Assembly (NCBI GenBank): GCA_038727515.1
Contig: JAVYVS010000003.1
Span: 1 to 64,000, forward strand
Reading direction: 5' to 3'
DNA from: Candidatus Methanomethylicia archaeon
GTDB lineage: Archaea; Thermoproteota; Methanomethylicia; Culexarchaeales; Culexarchaeaceae
Length of the DNA: 64,000 nt
The notes under the pieces are model-generated. The model made no database searches. It was given only the letters and a program-made list of their open reading frames with translations, and had not been told where the DNA came from. The translations under genes were made by a program, and so were the position numbers. Below are positions 61,000-64,000 of the stretch, piece after piece (position 1 is the first letter of the stretch; every line of letters begins with the position of its first letter).

Positions 61000-61908
61000 G
61001 TGTTTACTAAACTGAAAAATGCTATAAAACAAGTAATTGAAATTGCTTCCACAAAAACATTATCTGAAGAAGATTTAGAACCAATACTTTTTGAATGGAA
61101 AATACAGTTATTAAGTTGTGATGTTGCATATCCCGTTGCGGAATACTTAGAAAGAAGAATATTTGATTCACTAAAGGGTACTAAAATTCCAAGGGGAGAG
61201 AAGATTGGTGAAAGAGTTAAAGAAGCAATAAAGAATGCAATAATTGATTTAATAAGGAATTCTGGAGAAATAAATTTGGAAAATGAAATATACAATAGGA
61301 GGAAAGAGGGAAAAATACCAGTAAAAATAGTATTTGTAGGCGTAAATGGTAGTGGAAAAACGACTACTATAGCAAAACTTGCATACATGTTTAAGGAAAA
61401 TGGTATACAATCCATACTGGCTTGTAGTGATACTTTTAGAGCTGGTGCTGAAGAACAATTATGGATTCATGCAAAAAATCTTGGGTTAAAAATGATTAAA
61501 CATAAATATGGTGCAGACCCAGCTGCAGTAGCATATGATGCTGTAAATCACGCTTCTGCACATAAAATACCAATAGTATTAATTGATACTGCAGGTAGAA
61601 TGCATACTGATAAAGACTTAATGGCAGAATTAAGAAAAATTGTAAAAGTAATAGATGCCGATTACACTATATTTATTGGAGATGCACTTGCAGGAAATGA
61701 TGCATTAACACAAGCTGAGAAGTTTAATGAATACGTAGGAATCAGTGGATCAATAATAACAAAAGTTGATGCAGATGTTAAAGGAGGAATAGCACTTTCA
61801 ATAATGTTTGCAACAAAGAAACCAATACTATACATGGGAACTGGACAAAAATACACAGATCTTATAAAATTTGATGAAAAATGGCTTCTACAAAAATTAA
61901 TAGAGTAA
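61000..61908 (+). CDS. ftsY: SRP receptor FtsY
   Basis: GVNGSGKTTT, DTFRAGA, DTAGR, TKVD. Confidence 0.96.
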   Translation: MFTKLKNAIKQVIEIASTKTLSEEDLEPILFEWKIQLLSCDVAYPVAEYLERRIFDSLKGTKIPRGEKIGERVKEAIKNAIIDLIRNSGEINLENEIYNRRKEGKIPVKIVFVGVNGSGKTTTIAKLAYMFKENGIQSILACSDTFRAGAEEQLWIHAKNLGLKMIKHKYGADPAAVAYDAVNHASAHKIPIVLIDTAGRMHTDKDLMAELRKIVKVIDADYTIFIGDALAGNDALTQAEKFNEYVGISGSIITKVDADVKGGIALSIMFATKKPILYMGTGQKYTDLIKFDEKWLLQKLIE

Positions 61909-61951
61909 TAACACTAGTTTTATTAAATTACCTTTACTTATATGATTTACA

Positions 61952-62890
61952 GTGGTATACATGTCACTGAAAGGTAAAGATCTTCTCACACTTCAAGAAT
62001 TTACACCAGAAGAACTATGGAAGATGATGAAGCTGGCAGAGAAGCTAAAAGAGGAATATTATGCTGGTGAAAAAGTTAAACCACTATTAAAAGGTAAAAC
62101 GCTTGCAATGATATTCCAAAAACCATCAACTAGAACTAGGATATCTTTTGAAGTAGCAATGCAACAATTAGGTGGCAACTCTTTATATTTAAATTGGAAT
62201 GAATTGCAACTTGGAAGAGGAGAAACCGTCAGTGACACTGCAAAAGTTTTAAGTAGGTATGTTGATGGAATAATGGCGAGAGTATATAAGCATAAAGATC
62301 TAGAAGAAATGGCAAAAGCAGCAACGATACCAGTCATAAATGGTTTAAGCGACTTATACCATCCATGTCAAGCTCTTTCAGATATGTTCACTATATATGA
62401 GAAGAAGGGGTATCTAAAAGGTGTAAAATTGACATTTATTGGAGATGGAGCTAATAATGTTTGCAGCTCACTTATAATAGCCTCAACGAAACTTGGGGTA
62501 AATATTAGTATAGCATCACCAAAGGGTTACACTCCTAGAGAAGAAGTATTGAAATTTGCAGAAATAAATTCCGCTGAAAGTGGTTCTAAAGTTGAAATAT
62601 TCACATCTCCTGAGGAAGCTGTAAAAGATGCTGATTTCATATACACAGATGTATGGGTGAGTATGGGACAAGAGGAAGAAAGTGAAAGAAGGTTAAAGGT
62701 ATTCTTACCCTATCAAGTTAATTCAAAACTATTATCACAAGCACCAAAAGCATTAGTAATGCATTGTTTACCTGCTCACCGTGGATTTGAAATCACAGAT
62801 GAAGTTATAGATTCCGATAAATCCATTGTATGGGATCAAGCAGAAAATAGACTACATGTACAAAAAGCAATACTAGCATTAATCCTGTAA
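61952..62890 (+). CDS. argF: Ornithine carbamoyltransferase
   Basis: STRTR, HPCQ, TDVWVSMG, HCLP, QAENR. Confidence 0.95.
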   Translation: MVYMSLKGKDLLTLQEFTPEELWKMMKLAEKLKEEYYAGEKVKPLLKGKTLAMIFQKPSTRTRISFEVAMQQLGGNSLYLNWNELQLGRGETVSDTAKVLSRYVDGIMARVYKHKDLEEMAKAATIPVINGLSDLYHPCQALSDMFTIYEKKGYLKGVKLTFIGDGANNVCSSLIIASTKLGVNISIASPKGYTPREEVLKFAEINSAESGSKVEIFTSPEEAVKDADFIYTDVWVSMGQEEESERRLKVFLPYQVNSKLLSQAPKALVMHCLPAHRGFEITDEVIDSDKSIVWDQAENRLHVQKAILALIL

Positions 62891-62943
62891 AAAATAAATA
62901 GGTGAATTATCCATCATATAACTGGGTGTTTGGGGATAAACCA

Positions 62944-63114
62944 ATGAGTAGTTTCAGAGAATCAGTTAAGAGGATTTTAAGATTATCACGTAAACCAACT
63001 TGGGAAGAATACTTATTAACATTGAGAATATGTCTATTCGGATTATTATTGATAGGCATATATGGATTCATAATACAATTGATATCATTAGTATTACAAT
63101 CACTCCCAAGGTGA
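62944..63114 (+). CDS. secE: Protein translocase SecE/Sec61 gamma
   Basis: RILRLSRKPTWEEY plus TM helix with G..GF. Confidence 0.9.
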   Translation: MSSFRESVKRILRLSRKPTWEEYLLTLRICLFGLLLIGIYGFIIQLISLVLQSLPR

Positions 63115-63120
63115 TGTTAT

Positions 63121-63564
63121 TTGGCGCCCTATTACACCGTTAGAACAACTGCCGGCCAAGAGAGTAATGTAGCGTTGCTCATAGAGACAAGGGCTATTTC
63201 AAGTGATATTGGAGTTTTATCTATAATAGCACCGAGGAATATAAGTGGATTCATATTTATTGAAGTAACAGATGCAACAAAAATTGAAAAGGCAATAAGT
63301 GGAATAAAACATGTTAAGGGATGGGTTCCAGGAATCATAGACATAAGTGAAATAGAGAAATTCCTTATACCAAAATCATCTCTCGAAGGATTAAATATTG
63401 GAGACATTGTAGAAGTAGTGAGTGGACCATTTAGGGGTATGACTGGAAAACTTACAAAAATAAATGTTGAAAGAGGGGAGGTAACTATAGAATTACTTGA
63501 AGTAGCATATACATTACCAATAACTATAAGTGCGGATGCTATTAGAAAATCTACTAAGACATAA
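63121..63564 (+). CDS. spt5: Transcription elongation factor Spt5
   Basis: VRTTAGQE, GFIFIE, KOW motif GDIVEVVSGPF.G. Confidence 0.95.
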   Translation: MAPYYTVRTTAGQESNVALLIETRAISSDIGVLSIIAPRNISGFIFIEVTDATKIEKAISGIKHVKGWVPGIIDISEIEKFLIPKSSLEGLNIGDIVEVVSGPFRGMTGKLTKINVERGEVTIELLEVAYTLPITISADAIRKSTKT

Positions 63565-63640
63565 ACCTTTGAGAAAAATATAATAGAAAGAATATGAGAA
63601 AGACATTAGCGACATAATTTTATAGTAATGGGTGAAGTGA

Positions 63641-64000
63641 ATGAAAAGTAATAAGAAAAGTTTTACATTTCTAGTGGAGGGAGGGAAAGCTACTGGAGGG
63701 CCTCCAATAGGACCTTCTTTAGGCCCTCTTGGGGTAAATGTAATGCAAGTAGTTAATTTGATAAATGAAAAAACGAAGGAATTCTTAGGGATGAGAGTAC
63801 CAGTCACGGTAAATATTGATGTTGAAACAAAGGAATTCAATGTGGAAGTAGGTATACCAACAACAGCAGCATTAATACTTAGAGAATTAAAAGTTGAGAA
63901 GGGTTCTGGAAGCCCTCATGATAAAAAGATTGGAAATTTAACAATCCAACAAGCCGTGAAAATAGCTAAAATTAAGAGACCACAATTATTAGCAAAAACA
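63641..64000 (+). CDS. rpl11: 50S ribosomal protein L11 (partial)
   Basis: LVEGGKATGGPPIGPSLGPLGVN; runs off the window. Confidence 0.95.
   Translation, partial: MKSNKKSFTFLVEGGKATGGPPIGPSLGPLGVNVMQVVNLINEKTKEFLGMRVPVTVNIDVETKEFNVEVGIPTTAALILRELKVEKGSGSPHDKKIGNLTIQQAVKIAKIKRPQLLAKT

Noticed and set aside
1-64000. CRISPR array, rRNA genes, transposases
   Set aside because: None seen; the 16S-like CGGTTGATCC strings are sRNA guide complements, not rRNA

Overview
Low-GC archaeal chromosome, most likely Thermoproteota/TACK (rps30e, TFE-beta/C34-like gene, BHB tRNA introns including a non-canonical one, fibrillarin-Nop5). Most of it is housekeeping: a 2-oxoacid:ferredoxin oxidoreductase operon, sugar/lipid biosynthesis, RNA modification, TFB, pyrD/pyrK, orc1/cdc6, the rps19e-ftsY-secE-spt5-rpl11 cluster, 7 intact tRNAs and one pseudo-tRNA. 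Two regions stand out. (1) 30.1-34.2 kb is a translationally coupled six-gene minus-strand operon: a membrane protein, a catalytically degenerate HerA/VirB4-like ATPase with a C-terminal winged helix, a small possible ssDNA-binding protein, a full-length RadA paralog lacking the FxxA motif, a SWIM zinc finger and an apparently inactive RecA-fold protein. It lies divergent from a membrane-tethered ArsR-type regulator. This is the best candidate for an undescribed system: a possible DNA-uptake-coupled or Shu-complex-like recombination module. (2) 5.4-14.2 kb holds two diverged copies of a block (class V aminotransferase, tRNA-Glu(CUC), hypothetical gene, saccharopine/lysine dehydrogenase, C/D box sRNA). 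The first copy is decaying but carries intact glutamate dehydrogenase and is followed by a glutamate synthase subunit. Both sRNAs have a guide complementary to the conserved 5' end of archaeal 16S rRNA. All assignments come from reading motifs by eye; no searches were run.
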